From Escherichia phage ECO07P1, in sequence record OP172784: a stretch of 64,000 bases of DNA. One strand, written 5' to 3'. A program made the translations under genes and the position numbers. The notes below the pieces were generated by a model, which made no database searches, was not told the DNA's origin, and saw only the letters and a list, made by a program, of their open reading frames with translations. How positions within the stretch are numbered: the stretch's first letter is position 1; every line of letters starts with the position of its first letter. Shown here piece after piece: positions 28,102 to 46,493 of this stretch.

Positions 28102-28911
28102 TTAGAAACGAGATGCGACTTTCGCATATACACTTACAATATCTTCTGCACCAGGTGCAGCTTTATCTTCTACAGCTTCAGTGACGAAATTCAGTCCGGC
28201 TGCTTCAGTATCAGGAGTATTTATACCCTCAGTAATAGTGCTTTCATCTTTATTAGACTTCTTCACCATTTCTACGATGGCACTCAATTTACTTGAGAAT
28301 TCATCTGAATAATCCATACCTTCGACCAGAGCAGAGACTTTTTCTTTTTGAGACTCAGTCAGATCTTTAGTACTTTCGCTCAATGCCACTTCACGCTGCA
28401 CATAATTGATATATGCGTCACGCTTATTGAGTTCTTCGAACAGACGAGCTGATTCTTCTTTATGTTCTTGCAGCTCTTCTTCCATTTCAGCTACAACATC
28501 AACTGATTCTTCTGGAACAACAACGTTGTGTTCAACAAAGAGCTCTTTTAATCCACCAAGCATGGATTCAAACAGTTCGGCTTTGATGCCTTTATCAACT
28601 GCTAATTTATTTTCAGCGAGCCATTCTTTCGCAAGATGGTCGATGAATTTAGAAGCTTGCTCAGCGATTTTCTTCTCAGCTTTTTCTTCGGCTTCTTCTT
28701 TATTTTTTTCTACTTCTTCTTCTGCTTTTTCAGCAATTTTAGCGATATGAGATTCAGCTAATTTAACGGCGTGCTGCTTGACGGTAGCTTCGAATACAGT
28801 GCCGAAAGTTTCTTTTGCTTCCGGAGAAATATTAACTGATTCGAAAATACTATCAAGAGCAACGGAAGCATCAATTTTCTGCGCTTCGGCAATCAGTTGT
28901 TCTTTAAGCAT
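28102..28911 (-). CDS. 22: prohead core scaffold protein gp22
   Basis: 269 aa, highly acidic coiled-coil-like translation; late promoter at 28939-28946. Confidence 0.85.
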   Translation of the reverse strand: MLKEQLIAEAQKIDASVALDSIFESVNISPEAKETFGTVFEATVKQHAVKLAESHIAKIAEKAEEEVEKNKEEAEEKAEKKIAEQASKFIDHLAKEWLAENKLAVDKGIKAELFESMLGGLKELFVEHNVVVPEESVDVVAEMEEELQEHKEESARLFEELNKRDAYINYVQREVALSESTKDLTESQKEKVSALVEGMDYSDEFSSKLSAIVEMVKKSNKDESTITEGINTPDTEAAGLNFVTEAVEDKAAPGAEDIVSVYAKVASRF

Positions 28912-28938
28912 TTTGTAGTCCTGTTGTTTAGATAATAA

Positions 28939-28946
28939 TATTTATA
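28939..28946 (-). promoter_or_regulatory. late promoter upstream of gene 22
   Basis: TATAAATA on minus strand. Confidence 0.6.
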
Positions 28947-29580
28947 ACGCTTTTTTCATGGCCTCTGCGAGAGCCATATAGGCGTCATCGGCACTTGTAT
29001 CGGCTTCCGCCGTCTGTGATTCGGTAATTTCCTTAGGAGTTACCCATGCATCTGGAGCACTTGGACCCCATACTGCATCAACACCTACAGTTAATTTGAA
29101 TCCTTCGTTTACGATACGATAACCTTTATTTGTGTCAGTCAATGAACCTAATCCACGAGAAGAAACTCCTGGAATCCATCCGGCACGAATATTAGCTGCT
29201 AATTTATCTCCAGGACCATGGTCACCTTCAATAACACGAGCTCGTCCGTATACGTCATTTCCTTTCCACCACATATCTTCTATAATGATAGCGGCTTGCA
29301 TCGGGTCAACATTAGCGCGTGGAGGATGATTTAATTCTCCGAGAGCTTGTTTAGTTAAAACTTGCTCATTGATATAGTCTTTTACCGCTTTTTCTAATAT
29401 GCGTTTTGGATAAAGACGTTTATTTCTATTGACGACTTCCGCTTGCATGAATATTCCTTCAATGTATAAACCCGGTTTTAAACCTAGGTCTTTTCCATCG
29501 TGGGATTCAAGCATTGGCACACCATCAATAATTTCGCCAGGTTGACCCCAAGTTTCAATTAATAATTGGGGTTCATTCAT
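28942..29580 (-). CDS. 21: prohead core protease gp21
   Basis: 212 aa, as T4 gp21; synteny. Confidence 0.9.
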   Translation of the reverse strand: MNEPQLLIETWGQPGEIIDGVPMLESHDGKDLGLKPGLYIEGIFMQAEVVNRNKRLYPKRILEKAVKDYINEQVLTKQALGELNHPPRANVDPMQAAIIIEDMWWKGNDVYGRARVIEGDHGPGDKLAANIRAGWIPGVSSRGLGSLTDTNKGYRIVNEGFKLTVGVDAVWGPSAPDAWVTPKEITESQTAEADTSADDAYMALAEAMKKAL

Positions 29581-30005
29581 TAGCTTAATCCTAATGCTTT
29601 ACGGCGTTTAAGAGCTTTTTTACGCTTACGCTGAGCACGAGATTGACCTGCTGGATTGGCAATCTTCGTTTTGGTAGCTTTGCGAGCAATTTGTCTACGT
29701 TTTGCTTTAGACAGCCCAGTGGTTTGAAATGCATTACGTTCGCGTGTTTTGCGGTCTTTAGTACGTGTAATTTCACCACGAGCTGAAACGTGCTTAACAA
29801 TGAATTCATTTAACGGCATATTTTCATTAATAGAAGCTAATGCAACTGCTAAATCAGTTTCATCATCAAGCATATTCTCGACAATTGTATTTATATCGTC
29901 TTTATTTAAAGCAGAAGACAATTCGTCAAAGCGACCCTGTGCTTCAGGAATAAGTGCTTCGACATTCTCGAGAACTAATTCATGAGTTTCAGGGATCAGA
30001 AGCAT
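29580..30005 (-). CDS. 68: prohead core protein gp68
   Basis: 141 aa; position between gp67 and gp21. Confidence 0.7.
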
Positions 30006-30246
30006 TATTCATCATCCTCGTCTTCGTCATCTTCGTCAGAGTCTTTGTCTTTTTTGTCGTCTTTATCATCACTGTCTTCGTCATCATCCTCGTCTTCAGG
30101 TTCTTCACCTTCGATTAAGAAATTACGAGCGATAGCGATTTTTTCTTCTTTAATTAAATCAATCGTTCTTGCAGCCATGGCTTCAGCAAATAATTTACGA
30201 GCGGCTACGAGGTCGTTTGATTTAATAGCTTCAATTAAACCTTCCA

Positions 30247-30247
<1 letters not shown>
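30005..30247 (-). CDS. 67: prohead core protein gp67 (acidic C-terminal tract)
   Basis: 80 aa with poly-Asp/Glu tail; position as T4 gene 67. Confidence 0.7.
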
Positions 30248-31872
<1,625 letters not shown>

Positions 31873-31904
31873 TTAAGCAGGATGGGGATTTCTCCCCATT
31901 CATT

Positions 31905-32396
31905 TTATTCCCAATAATCGAGAGCGAGAGTTACTTCAAAGGTTTGGATTTCATTGTTTGAATCCCAATCTAATTGAAGTTCACCCACGTTAGTAGGCCA
32001 CAGGCCTTTAATTTCGACTTCTTTTGTTACGGTTTTAGCGTCACGAGCATATTGGCGAACAACAGCGCTCTTTTTATACTCTGCTGGTTTTCCACCAGTA
32101 ATTTCGTTCCCTTGCCCAGCAGCAATGCTTTGCCAGTCAACAAACTTCTGGCGAGCATCATGTGCCTCATCGTTCATTACTGTAACAGTCCAGTCATCGA
32201 ATGTACGATCGCCTGCTACGTTAATTTTACGGTTCATAAATCCGACTGGAATTTTTTCTACAATACCAGCTGGTAAAGCAGTGGCTTTACATTGAAACGT
32301 AAAATTTTGTCCAAGATAAGAAATTTCTACTTGGAATAAGTTAGGTCGAGCAAAATCACCAGATTCAAACGCTCGTGTTACATCATCTACAAACAT
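31905..32396 (-). CDS. 19: tail tube protein gp19
   Basis: 163 aa, as T4 gp19; late promoter motifs at 32411-32418 and 32470-32477. Confidence 0.9.
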   Translation of the reverse strand: MFVDDVTRAFESGDFARPNLFQVEISYLGQNFTFQCKATALPAGIVEKIPVGFMNRKINVAGDRTFDDWTVTVMNDEAHDARQKFVDWQSIAAGQGNEITGGKPAEYKKSAVVRQYARDAKTVTKEVEIKGLWPTNVGELQLDWDSNNEIQTFEVTLALDYWE

Positions 32397-32410
32397 ATTA
32401 GCCTCTGTAG

Positions 32411-32418
32411 TATTTATA
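32411..32418 (-). promoter_or_regulatory. late promoter upstream of gene 19 (a second copy lies at 32470-32477)
   Basis: TATAAATA on minus strand, two copies about 60 nt apart. Confidence 0.55.
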
Positions 32419-32478
32419 TCCCTATGTTTAACCTAGGGCATATAGAATTAAAGAATTAAGGATATAGTGTATTTATAT

Positions 32479-32496
32479 GGCCTGCCGAAACAGGCC
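32479..32496 (-). terminator. hairpin between HNH gene and gene 19 promoters
   Basis: GGCCTG-CCGAAA-CAGGCC. Confidence 0.4.
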
Positions 32497-32503
32497 TTTA
32501 GAA

Positions 32504-33121
32504 TCATTCTAGTAAATCCCAAAGATCTACGCTATTTCTTTTTGACTTTTCTCGGTTAGATTCCCAAGTGATTATTTCTAAATTATTAATACCGCCAATT
32601 ATTTTAGCAGGAATTAAATTATCAAAACCGTATTTGATAGATACCTTATGATCAAGTTGGTAAGCACCTTCTGTACCACACACTCCTATCTTATCAGCAT
32701 TTGGCCATTTTGACCAAATTTTCTTATGCTTACGAGTTTCTCTATATACCGATGAAATATATTCACGCATTTCAGATTTATTTGGGTTCCATCTTGGATG
32801 ATTTACGCCATGCATACATTCTACGGTTTTTCCTTTATTCGCTGAACCATATGAATTATTATGCATTTTATCTTTATGACGGCAATCACAACAAATATCA
32901 GTGTTTCTTCCAATGCGTTGATTATATTCAATTCCACATTTATCGCAACGACATTTTACATACGCAGTACTACCTTTAATGTCTTCAACTTTAACATCAA
33001 TTTCATAATACTTAAATCCGTGTTTAACCGCTCCAAGAGGTGTTAATTTATATCCCTTTGACTGATAATGTTTAAAATTTGATGGTACAATTTTTACTTT
33101 AATGAATTTAGAAATAATCAC
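32504..33121 (-). CDS. free-standing HNH-family homing endonuclease-like protein
   Basis: 205 aa; Cys cluster CRCDKCG..CCDCRH and HNH-like element QLDHKVSIKYGF..NLEIITWESNREK; inserted between gene 18 terminator hairpin and gene 19 promoters. Confidence 0.6.
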   Translation of the reverse strand: MIISKFIKVKIVPSNFKHYQSKGYKLTPLGAVKHGFKYYEIDVKVEDIKGSTAYVKCRCDKCGIEYNQRIGRNTDICCDCRHKDKMHNNSYGSANKGKTVECMHGVNHPRWNPNKSEMREYISSVYRETRKHKKIWSKWPNADKIGVCGTEGAYQLDHKVSIKYGFDNLIPAKIIGGINNLEIITWESNREKSKRNSVDLWDLLE

Positions 33122-33138
33122 TTGATTCCTCGAGAACA

Positions 33139-33154
33139 GGGGCCGAAGCCCCTT
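33139..33154 (-). terminator. hairpin 3' of gene 18
   Basis: AGGGGC-CGAA-GCCCCT. Confidence 0.5.
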
Positions 33155-33159
33155 ATCAA

Positions 33160-35139
33160 TTAACCTGCAAGACCAGTTAACTCATCGAAATCTGCACCAG
33201 TAGCAGTTGCGACGAAATTCAAAGTAATATAATTTATACTGCGCGCCGGTTGGATGTAGAATGTTGCAACAAACTCATTTCTATCAATTACTGACGGAGT
33301 GTTATTTGTTGTATCGCAAACTACACGATATTCATAAATTCCACCGAGAGCTTTAATTCCCTGCAAGTACTGGGAAGTTTCTGTGCGGAACGATGAACGA
33401 GTAAACGCGTTGTTTAATTCGAACAAACGATATTTTGAACTACGTCCGATATTCGTTTTCAACATATTAAACAGACGACGAACGTTAATACGATCAAATG
33501 GAGAAGGAACAGAAGTAGCTGTTTTATCACCATACAATACGTAACCATCACCACCTGTACCAGTTACTGGGTTGATAGCTTCTTGGTATAAACGGTCGCG
33601 CTGCGCCTGGCGAGTTTCAATAGCAAGTTTAATAACGTTAAGAATCTGGCCACGATTATAACCAGCTGGAGACATCCAAGTCTGAGAAACGTTATCAGTT
33701 CTTGCGCATAAACCAGCAATATCAGCTGCTAATGGAACCCAACGATTCACATCATTATATTTGTCATACTGATACTTGTAGTTACCATCAATTGCTGCAT
33801 AGGTTGAACTGATATTAAAGTTATTATCAGTGTATGAACCTGCTGCAGTTCTCCAATTGACTAAGTTATCAACAGCACGAGTTACAGGAATTCCAACCAC
33901 AGTTTCACGCGGTGGTGAGCACAATACCAAGCAATCTTGGCGAGCATCACCAATTGAAACAACATGTTTTTGGACAGTAGATGCTGTTTCAAGAGATTCA
34001 CCGGCACAAGAACCAGCAATAAACAACTGAACGTCAACAGATTCACGGTCAGCAAAGAAGTCCCAGGCTTCCATCAAATCTCCTGCTGTTACTTCAGCAT
34101 TTGACGATAATCCACCAGACAGAGTTAAAATTCCGGAGAAGCCTTCTGGCCAGTTTTGTGCAGTTGCGAAAATATATTCTGAACCGCCTTTTGCGAAAAA
34201 GTCATCAATATAGATGTTACTATCGTAAATATCTTTTTCACCACGCTTTGTTGAAAGAACAACGCTTTGAACAATAGCATCATTGCGACGAACTATAATA
34301 GCGTATTGTGAATCAGTTTGTGGTCCATATCCAAACACTGCTTTGGCAGTAGATGCGCGTGTTCCGCCACCTGGATAAATTGGTAGTAATGCAGAAGCAC
34401 CTTTTGCGTAGTCAGCTTTAGATACGATTTCAATTTCGATTTTATCGCCCAACTCGCCTGGATAAAGAGCTACTACTCCTGGAATTCCATATTTTTCGAG
34501 ATTTGTTTGAAAGTCAACAGCTGTCATGGCAGCTTCGGCATTTTCAATTTCAGCTAATAAAATACCAGAATCAGTAATAATTTTTCCAAGAGTTATTACT
34601 GCAGCTAAACCAGAGGAAGACGAAGAAATTTCTGCGGTCCAGTTAGAACCTAGTGCTGGATATTCGCCTACTTCTTTCGCTTTAGCGATAATTTTTGCGG
34701 TAGGAATATTAATTTTCTTAATTTTTCCATCAGCATCTACTTCGGTAATTTTACATTCTGTTTCAATGTCTTCTGAAACATACTTAACCGTGATTTTATC
34801 TCCAACCGCGTAGTTACTACCTGGGGTAGAAATAGTGTATTCAATATTACCGGCAATCGGAGATGAGTTTTTAGCGGTATCTCTATCGACAGCACGCACA
34901 ACTCGCAAATCATTTCCGTATTGTAAGAAATTCATTGCAGACATAAAATAGTCAGCAGTTTCAGCTGTAGGTTGACCAAAAGTATTAACTAAATCTACTT
35001 CATTTGTAACCTGTTTAATTTGAAAAGCAGGACCCCACTGGAATTTACCGGCCAGAGCTGCTGTACCAGTAGAGTTATTAACCACGGTGCTTTGAACCGT
35101 AGTTTCTTTGAGCTCAATGCCCGGAGATAATAAAGTCAT
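33160..35139 (-). CDS. 18: tail sheath protein gp18
   Basis: 659 aa, as T4 gp18; synteny; late promoter at 35168-35175. Confidence 0.9.
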   Translation of the reverse strand: MTLLSPGIELKETTVQSTVVNNSTGTAALAGKFQWGPAFQIKQVTNEVDLVNTFGQPTAETADYFMSAMNFLQYGNDLRVVRAVDRDTAKNSSPIAGNIEYTISTPGSNYAVGDKITVKYVSEDIETECKITEVDADGKIKKINIPTAKIIAKAKEVGEYPALGSNWTAEISSSSSGLAAVITLGKIITDSGILLAEIENAEAAMTAVDFQTNLEKYGIPGVVALYPGELGDKIEIEIVSKADYAKGASALLPIYPGGGTRASTAKAVFGYGPQTDSQYAIIVRRNDAIVQSVVLSTKRGEKDIYDSNIYIDDFFAKGGSEYIFATAQNWPEGFSGILTLSGGLSSNAEVTAGDLMEAWDFFADRESVDVQLFIAGSCAGESLETASTVQKHVVSIGDARQDCLVLCSPPRETVVGIPVTRAVDNLVNWRTAAGSYTDNNFNISSTYAAIDGNYKYQYDKYNDVNRWVPLAADIAGLCARTDNVSQTWMSPAGYNRGQILNVIKLAIETRQAQRDRLYQEAINPVTGTGGDGYVLYGDKTATSVPSPFDRINVRRLFNMLKTNIGRSSKYRLFELNNAFTRSSFRTETSQYLQGIKALGGIYEYRVVCDTTNNTPSVIDRNEFVATFYIQPARSINYITLNFVATATGADFDELTGLAG

Positions 35140-35167
35140 TTTTAATCCTCTTTAATATGCTTTAATA

Positions 35168-38308
<3,141 letters not shown>

Positions 38309-38349
38309 GATTTCTCCTAATCTGGGCTTTAATTAGTTTATAATATTTA

Positions 38350-40051
<1,702 letters not shown>

Positions 40052-40081
40052 TTAAAATCCTTTGGGGCCTTGCGGCCCATG

Positions 40082-41545
40082 TTATGCTGGTGATAAAAAG
40101 GTAGAAAGCAATACCCATTCGCCGTCTTTACGAACGTAAGCTTGGCCATCTTTTGGAGCTTCAGGAATATAACCTGCTTCTTGTAGAGCTTGAACATCAC
40201 CTTGCAGAGAAGATATACTGCCTTTGGCTGTATTCACTTCTTGTGTAACTGATGCAATGTTGGTTTCGTTAGCTTTTATTGAATTGGTTAATCCACGTTC
40301 TTCGACAGTTGAACCGTTTGGATTAGTTCCATTTACTAAAGTATTTAACGCTACAACTTGCCCTTTAATTCCTGTGCTGTTATTACCAATCTCTACTTGT
40401 AGGTTTTGAACATCATTATTCAAGCCTGAAACAGAAGTTTCAATTGTAGAAACTCGGTTTAAAAGAGACCCAGGAGGAGAAGGTTGTCCACCGCTAGAAT
40501 CAGTTCCAACAATTTGGTTTAACCATGAAACATTCGCTCTTAAACCGGATGAAGTGTTTTCACCTACAATTCCGTTTAGAGCTTCGATTGAAGTTGTATT
40601 ATCTTTAATTTGTCCTTTAATACTCGAAGGAATATCATCTGAACCGATAGAAGTTTCTATAGCGGTTAAACGCTGTTTAATACCTCCACTTTGATTTAGC
40701 TCTAAATTAATAGATGCAATATTATCAGTGTTTGTATTAACACTCGTGATAATCGAATTATTTCCTGGATATCCTATTGAGGTCTTAATAGCACTAATGT
40801 CAGATTCAAATGTTGTCTGTTTAGTGTCAATTTCATTTAAACGACTATAAACGTTTTGTGAAAATGATGGCGGTTTCGGTCCAAGCTCTTCACGAAGATT
40901 ACCAACTTCAATAGTCAAAGAACCTACATCAGATTCAATAAATTTTGTTTCTAATTCGCTTAAACGTATTCCCTGTGAAGTAATGGCATCAGTATTATTA
41001 ATAATGCGATGCTTCATTCCACTACTAGGATTTCCTACAACAGGAAGACCATTAATATCTTGACCTGCGTATTGTCCAAGTTCACGCTTTATCCACAGTA
41101 AATCATTTCTGATTGTTCTGTATACAGAGTTGGCCTCAGAGTTAAATGGACCAATATCAGCAAGAATACTGTCAACCGTACTATTAGTTCCATTTAATAT
41201 TTCTGTATGTTCACTGGTTAGCGTTTTGAGGTCAGAAATATCCTTTTTATTGATACCTATTTGGGCCAAAGCTTCAATATCACCAGATACATCTAAGATG
41301 CCCTGAATTGTTTTAATATCACTATTTGCGGTTTCTAAAGATGTTTTAAGTATTCCAATATTTTTATCAAGAACTTCAACATTTCTTAGTACAGAAACTG
41401 TAGGTCTATTCATTGAACCTTCGCTTCCATACTGCGTGTCAGCTCCTAATATTTCTTCGCCGTTTTTAATCCAGGAAATGCGGCTCTGGCCCTCTGCAGG
41501 AGAGCCGTCAACGAATGGTAAGTCATTCAGTACAATATCTGTCAT
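40082..41545 (-). CDS. wac: fibritin (whisker antigen control)
   Basis: 487 aa; C-terminal foldon [27 protein letters not shown] recognisable; long segmented coiled-coil-like body. Confidence 0.9.
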   Translation of the reverse strand: MTDIVLNDLPFVDGSPAEGQSRISWIKNGEEILGADTQYGSEGSMNRPTVSVLRNVEVLDKNIGILKTSLETANSDIKTIQGILDVSGDIEALAQIGINKKDISDLKTLTSEHTEILNGTNSTVDSILADIGPFNSEANSVYRTIRNDLLWIKRELGQYAGQDINGLPVVGNPSSGMKHRIINNTDAITSQGIRLSELETKFIESDVGSLTIEVGNLREELGPKPPSFSQNVYSRLNEIDTKQTTFESDISAIKTSIGYPGNNSIITSVNTNTDNIASINLELNQSGGIKQRLTAIETSIGSDDIPSSIKGQIKDNTTSIEALNGIVGENTSSGLRANVSWLNQIVGTDSSGGQPSPPGSLLNRVSTIETSVSGLNNDVQNLQVEIGNNSTGIKGQVVALNTLVNGTNPNGSTVEERGLTNSIKANETNIASVTQEVNTAKGSISSLQGDVQALQEAGYIPEAPKDGQAYVRKDGEWVLLSTFLSPA

Positions 41546-43125
41546 TCTTTTACCTTAATTATGTAGTTTAAAGAAATGTTCCATGGACGTGTTTCATTTC
41601 CAATTAATTCAGGACGATTTAGTGTATATTTGGAATTTCGTTGTGATGCTGGGTCAATTTCATATCCGTCATTGGTGAAGTATGAATGGTTATCCCAGTC
41701 AAGTCCTTTACGTGTACCAACAAAATTTGATCTACGAGTATTACCGAATGCCCCAGAATCATCAGCCTCACCAAATCCGCCAGCGTGTTTATGATAAGAC
41801 ATCTGCTGTTTTTGTACTTCACCGACATATCCACCGGTACAACCTACACCTAATCTAGGCTTACCAAATTGGTCATTACCATTAACATTTGGATTCGTTA
41901 AGTGAGAGCCACGACCAGAGCCACGAACAAAAAGACCACGCATGTCAGGCAATCCAGGATTTGATGAGCTTCCGCCATATCTTGTTCCAATTCTAGAAGC
42001 ATATAATGGGCAATCTGACGCAGAAACAGTTCCACCATGACAGAAGCGCCAAGCATCACTAGGAAGACTATCTGCCGCCCACATCATAATAGCTCCGACA
42101 GGAATAGTTCTATCTATTTCATTCTGCGTTACAACACGCTTACCTTGAATATAACCACCGGTCATGTTAACTGTTCCGGTAATATTTGCTCCGCCTGAAG
42201 CTATTGTAAGCGTATTATTAATACGAAGTGTTCCATTAATCGTTTGACCACCTCTTTGGTGGATAACGTCAGCATTCCAAGCTAGTGCTGATGAAGCATC
42301 ACCTCCGCTCTGTGAACCGGCGGTTGTAGTTAATTTAACCACGCCTCTCATTGACGTTGTAGAACCACGACCATTAAGAGTTGCGCCAGTAACCGCAACA
42401 GAAGCATTATTTGAGTTAACTTCTGATTGTGTTCCTAATTTAATTACGCCTTTATATTCTTCAGTAGCAGTAGAATTCATTAGCGTATAAGGAGAAATTG
42501 CATAGCCTTCTCTTAAGGTTCCTTGACGAACTTGAGCTACTGTCGCTAATTGAACAACGCCTTGGTCCGATTCGGTAGCTGTGGTTTCAGAAGGAGCGAT
42601 TTGCGCAATTAGTTTAATAGCTAACTGCTGCGTTTTTAATGGAGTCATTGCAGTAGTATCATCTGCGCCAGCTAATGCTTGCGGTAGAGATGAAATTTTA
42701 ATAACACCATTCGAGGATTCAGTTGAAACACGAGTTTCAAACGCATTATTAAGAGCAACAGTAAATTTAGCTGGAGTTATAGAAGATTCGTTATTAACTC
42801 CGGCAATGGCTTCATCATTGGTTGAATATCTTGTTAATCCGTAAACAGTTTCAGTTGCATTTGGATAAGATAATCTTGTTGCCAACGTTGCTGGTGTAAC
42901 TGCTTTGGTATTATTAGTTCCATCTATAACTTCCTGTTCAGTGGCAAGAAATAAAATTCCCTTTGTTGTTGACGATGCATCAGGAACTCCATTTACGCCA
43001 GCAGGAGAAATGGCTGCTATAGCAGCCTGAACATCAGTAATCTCTGGTGGAAAATTCGTATCGGTAGGATCAAATTTTACATAACGAGATTCATTAGAAA
43101 CGTGTTGATATGTATTATTACTCAT
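41542..43125 (-). CDS. 12: short tail fibre gp12
   Basis: 527 aa, as T4 gp12; synteny. Confidence 0.85.
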   Translation of the reverse strand: MSNNTYQHVSNESRYVKFDPTDTNFPPEITDVQAAIAAISPAGVNGVPDASSTTKGILFLATEQEVIDGTNNTKAVTPATLATRLSYPNATETVYGLTRYSTNDEAIAGVNNESSITPAKFTVALNNAFETRVSTESSNGVIKISSLPQALAGADDTTAMTPLKTQQLAIKLIAQIAPSETTATESDQGVVQLATVAQVRQGTLREGYAISPYTLMNSTATEEYKGVIKLGTQSEVNSNNASVAVTGATLNGRGSTTSMRGVVKLTTTAGSQSGGDASSALAWNADVIHQRGGQTINGTLRINNTLTIASGGANITGTVNMTGGYIQGKRVVTQNEIDRTIPVGAIMMWAADSLPSDAWRFCHGGTVSASDCPLYASRIGTRYGGSSSNPGLPDMRGLFVRGSGRGSHLTNPNVNGNDQFGKPRLGVGCTGGYVGEVQKQQMSYHKHAGGFGEADDSGAFGNTRRSNFVGTRKGLDWDNHSYFTNDGYEIDPASQRNSKYTLNRPELIGNETRPWNISLNYIIKVKE

Positions 43126-43781
43126 GCTGTTCTCTCAAAATGATAAAATACTGTAGGAGTATGCTGATTATCTAAAGTTACCGTTTGTGCGCCTAATAAA
43201 TTCCATGTACCGTAGCCAGGTTTAGACTCAGAAATAATTTCCTGCGAAATAGTTATTCCATATGTAGAATATGTGCTTAATACATGTTTTTGATTATCTA
43301 AATAAGTAACTTCTAATTTACTACCATCTGTTGGATGGTCTTTATATGAGTTGATAGCAGTAAATGACGCAATAGCTTCTTGAAGGGCAACACGAACTTT
43401 GGCGACAAACTCAATAGCTGTCATTCCAGTTGTTGCTGAAACTGGAAGACCGAATACTAATACAGTAACAGGAGAACCAGGAGGAAGCGAATCATCTGTT
43501 ACAGTTCCCGAAAATGCCCAATAATCAGTTTGAGAAACACCCTCAGGAGAAACACCAGTTTTATTAGTAATAATTGTACCAACGTCTTTTATAGAAAAAT
43601 TATGAACATCATTAATAGCTGATTCTACGTTTGGTTCATAAAATCCTTTCGCTAATTGAGAAATTGTCACTGACCCAACTGATTGACGATTCATTACATC
43701 GATGTCACCAGTTTTAGGTCTAAAACCAAGAAAATCGGCTAAGCGGGAAATAACTCCCGCTTTATTATTAAGTAAACTCAT
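43122..43781 (-). CDS. 11: baseplate wedge short-fibre attachment protein gp11
   Basis: 219 aa from Met at MSLLNNK (start overlapping gp10 stop); track ORF extends 6 codons upstream to 43799. Confidence 0.8.
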   Translation of the reverse strand: MSLLNNKAGVISRLADFLGFRPKTGDIDVMNRQSVGSVTISQLAKGFYEPNVESAINDVHNFSIKDVGTIITNKTGVSPEGVSQTDYWAFSGTVTDDSLPPGSPVTVLVFGLPVSATTGMTAIEFVAKVRVALQEAIASFTAINSYKDHPTDGSKLEVTYLDNQKHVLSTYSTYGITISQEIISESKPGYGTWNLLGAQTVTLDNQHTPTVFYHFERTA

Positions 43782-45589
43782 TATGCAATCCTTATCCAAC
43801 GATAAACTGTAATATATGGTTGAATGTTAGTTATTGATGTTGGCGGAGTGTGAGTAGAGTTAGTAGATGCTTTAGCTTCACGGTATTTCGTGTAAACTGG
43901 ACCGGATTCATCTGGATCGTATTGACATCCACCAACAATGACTGATCCATTTTCATCAACTATTAGAACTTCTTCATCTGTTTCAGTTGCAGGAAGATTA
44001 GCATTTTCCAATGTAACAGAAGTAGAACCGCCTGTTCCACCTGCAGTATGTGAAGGATTTCCACCCGAATCTAAATCGTTGTTATTTAGAGCAAAGTTAG
44101 GGTCCGAAATATCTTCATTCCATCCAACTAAAACTTTTCCTTGCCCAAATAATTTCCATGAGCCGAATCCCATATATGTAACAGGGTTATTTGGATTAAC
44201 AGCGTTTTCATATATAGTTCCAATAGGATAAATCGTATCAAAGATATTTGAAACAGCATTAAATTCGCGTTGATAGGATTGAACTGCTTCTACATTTGGC
44301 CAACCAATTTTATCGAAGTCTGTTAAATTTACATCACCTGAAATATCTACTCCCGGTCCTTGCGATACATAGAGATTATCAGTTTCATCAATAATCTCAT
44401 CTTTTGTTAATAATGTACCTAAATCATTATTAAACCAGGTGATATTGATAATGTCACCATGCTCAAATACTCTATCGAAATGTAAAATTTCCGGTATGCC
44501 GTTTTCGTCAGTTTCAACTGAATAGTCGGTATGAGACTGTTCCCAAGTTCCACCTAAAACAGAGCATTCTACTTCATCGTCTGAATCGGCACCAACACAA
44601 TGAAATAATGGCATTCCAACTGTTCCAGCCAATTCTTGTAAAATTCCATTAAAACGAACCTCAAGAGAATTAGGATTAATAGGTTCACCTGGAATTAATC
44701 CAAAAGCTGAAAATGGAATTGATTTCATTGTTGATAAATCAGTAACGTAAATGCTTCCTTCTAAAGAAGTTTTTGACGTTAATTTTGAATCTAACAGTCT
44801 AATTTGGCGTCTTGTATATGAACTTCTCCATTGTGATACACCATCCATAAATGTTTCAATTTGAACAGTGTCGCCAATATTACAAGGCTGTCTTAATCGA
44901 ATATTAAATCCATCAAGAGGAACTAATTCGCCTTCATTTTCGCCCGGAGAGCCAAAATCACTGTTTTCACTAAATACATCGCCGTAATACAATTCGTTAC
45001 CACGATGTTTTACTCTGATGTTATTTACATTATAACTAGTTCCACGGAAAACATCTAAAAAGTCTGTTTGTCCTTGGACTTCGACTAAAAATTCTTTACG
45101 AGCTACATTACTAATGTCTGAACTGGTAATTTTGTCAATTTGTTTATTTTTGACATATTCCCAACGTCCTGGGGCGCAATACACTAATTCCAAATCGCTG
45201 AATTGAACATTAATTTCAACTGGTACTGCAGAACCTTTAATCGTATCGCCGGAAGCAGCTACTAGCGTAACTGGGTTAACGTTCCATGTAGCAAATACGT
45301 CTCTAGCTCTAATTACTTTGTTGTAATCATTGACAGTTCCTTTTGGAAGATTTATAGTTACTCTTCCAGAAGAGGTATTAATAGCGTATGATTTTCCCCA
45401 TTCGGCTTTTAGTGTTTGGCCAGATGAAGCATCATAAGTTTTCCAGGCACCGGCTGAATATGGAACATCTCCATCACCGAGCTCGTAATAAAGCTCATCA
45501 AAGTTTTCATTTATTTTTATACCACCTTTACGCAGGTAGTCACCGGTACCATCATCAACAACATTACCGATATTAATATTTTGTTTCAT
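43781..45589 (-). CDS. 10: baseplate wedge protein gp10
   Basis: 602 aa, synteny. Confidence 0.85.
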   Translation of the reverse strand: MKQNINIGNVVDDGTGDYLRKGGIKINENFDELYYELGDGDVPYSAGAWKTYDASSGQTLKAEWGKSYAINTSSGRVTINLPKGTVNDYNKVIRARDVFATWNVNPVTLVAASGDTIKGSAVPVEINVQFSDLELVYCAPGRWEYVKNKQIDKITSSDISNVARKEFLVEVQGQTDFLDVFRGTSYNVNNIRVKHRGNELYYGDVFSENSDFGSPGENEGELVPLDGFNIRLRQPCNIGDTVQIETFMDGVSQWRSSYTRRQIRLLDSKLTSKTSLEGSIYVTDLSTMKSIPFSAFGLIPGEPINPNSLEVRFNGILQELAGTVGMPLFHCVGADSDDEVECSVLGGTWEQSHTDYSVETDENGIPEILHFDRVFEHGDIINITWFNNDLGTLLTKDEIIDETDNLYVSQGPGVDISGDVNLTDFDKIGWPNVEAVQSYQREFNAVSNIFDTIYPIGTIYENAVNPNNPVTYMGFGSWKLFGQGKVLVGWNEDISDPNFALNNNDLDSGGNPSHTAGGTGGSTSVTLENANLPATETDEEVLIVDENGSVIVGGCQYDPDESGPVYTKYREAKASTNSTHTPPTSITNIQPYITVYRWIRIA

Positions 45590-46455
45590 TATTGAGCCAC
45601 CCCGATTTTCTGCGTAGCGATAACTTTAACTGCTGCTCTCATACCGACAGTTGAAGAACTTATAGTCGCCGTTACATAATTTTCTTTAATACTAAATGCA
45701 ATATTAGCGATTTCGTCTTCTTCGGTTTCATTCCCAACTCGCATGACAGCATATTCAGAAGAAATGACCTCTGAATTAACAGTATCCACAAGAATATTTA
45801 TTTCTGCCGTTTTAATTTTTCTTCCATCTACTGATTGGCATGTAACTAACAATTTAGCCATGTTATATTCAGTACGATGAAATAGTGGAATATCAACTGA
45901 TCCGGATGTAGAAATATTCCATGTACCTTCAGCAGGTGATTCCTTTTGACCAAACATACTTTCAATAGAATAATTCCACACCGATGTAGAATTATCAGAT
46001 GAAATACAACGTAAAGTTACTTTACTATATGGGCTAGTTACTACTAAATTACCTGAAACACCTTTAATTGAATCAATGGCTTGAATTGTTAAAGGATTAG
46101 TAACTGATATTGATCCATTTGAGTTAATAAATTCAACACAATCACCAAGTTCGCCTCTTTCAATGATAACTTTAACACCTACAGTAGAGGTATCAATATC
46201 ATGTCTAGTGCCAACTTTCACTGGAGTTGCGTACTCTGCAATAGAGTGTTTTTGATAATATCCAGTAGCATGGATAATTTGACCATCTGCTCCAGTGCCA
46301 TTTGCTACTGCCATTTTGCGCTGATCGCCAAACGCATTATAAATTGCGTTAAAATCACTATTAATTTTATTACCACCGTCGAATAAGATATCACCAGTAG
46401 AAGCGTTACCAATTTCGCCGGTATCAATCAATTTCTTTGGTTCTTGAATGAACAT
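45589..46455 (-). CDS. 9: baseplate wedge / long tail fibre socket gp9
   Basis: 288 aa; late promoter at 46480-46487. Confidence 0.85.
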   Translation of the reverse strand: MFIQEPKKLIDTGEIGNASTGDILFDGGNKINSDFNAIYNAFGDQRKMAVANGTGADGQIIHATGYYQKHSIAEYATPVKVGTRHDIDTSTVGVKVIIERGELGDCVEFINSNGSISVTNPLTIQAIDSIKGVSGNLVVTSPYSKVTLRCISSDNSTSVWNYSIESMFGQKESPAEGTWNISTSGSVDIPLFHRTEYNMAKLLVTCQSVDGRKIKTAEINILVDTVNSEVISSEYAVMRVGNETEEDEIANIAFSIKENYVTATISSSTVGMRAAVKVIATQKIGVAQ

Positions 46456-46479
46456 AGCGGTTTCCTTATGAGTTTATAG

Positions 46480-46487
46480 TATTTATA
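46480..46487 (-). promoter_or_regulatory. late promoter upstream of gene 9
   Basis: TATAAATA on minus strand. Confidence 0.55.
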
Positions 46488-46493
46488 AAGAAA

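Noticed and set aside
28406-28750. Ser-rich 114-aa ORF on the plus strand inside gene 22
   Set aside because: Mirror image of the Glu/Lys-rich scaffold coding sequence (GAA/GAG codons read antisense give Ser/Phe); no start signals.
30005-30120. Acidic low-complexity tract (poly-Asp/Glu) as a possible repeat or novel element
   Set aside because: It is the C-terminal tail of the prohead core protein gp67, a known property of this protein family, not a DNA-level repeat element.
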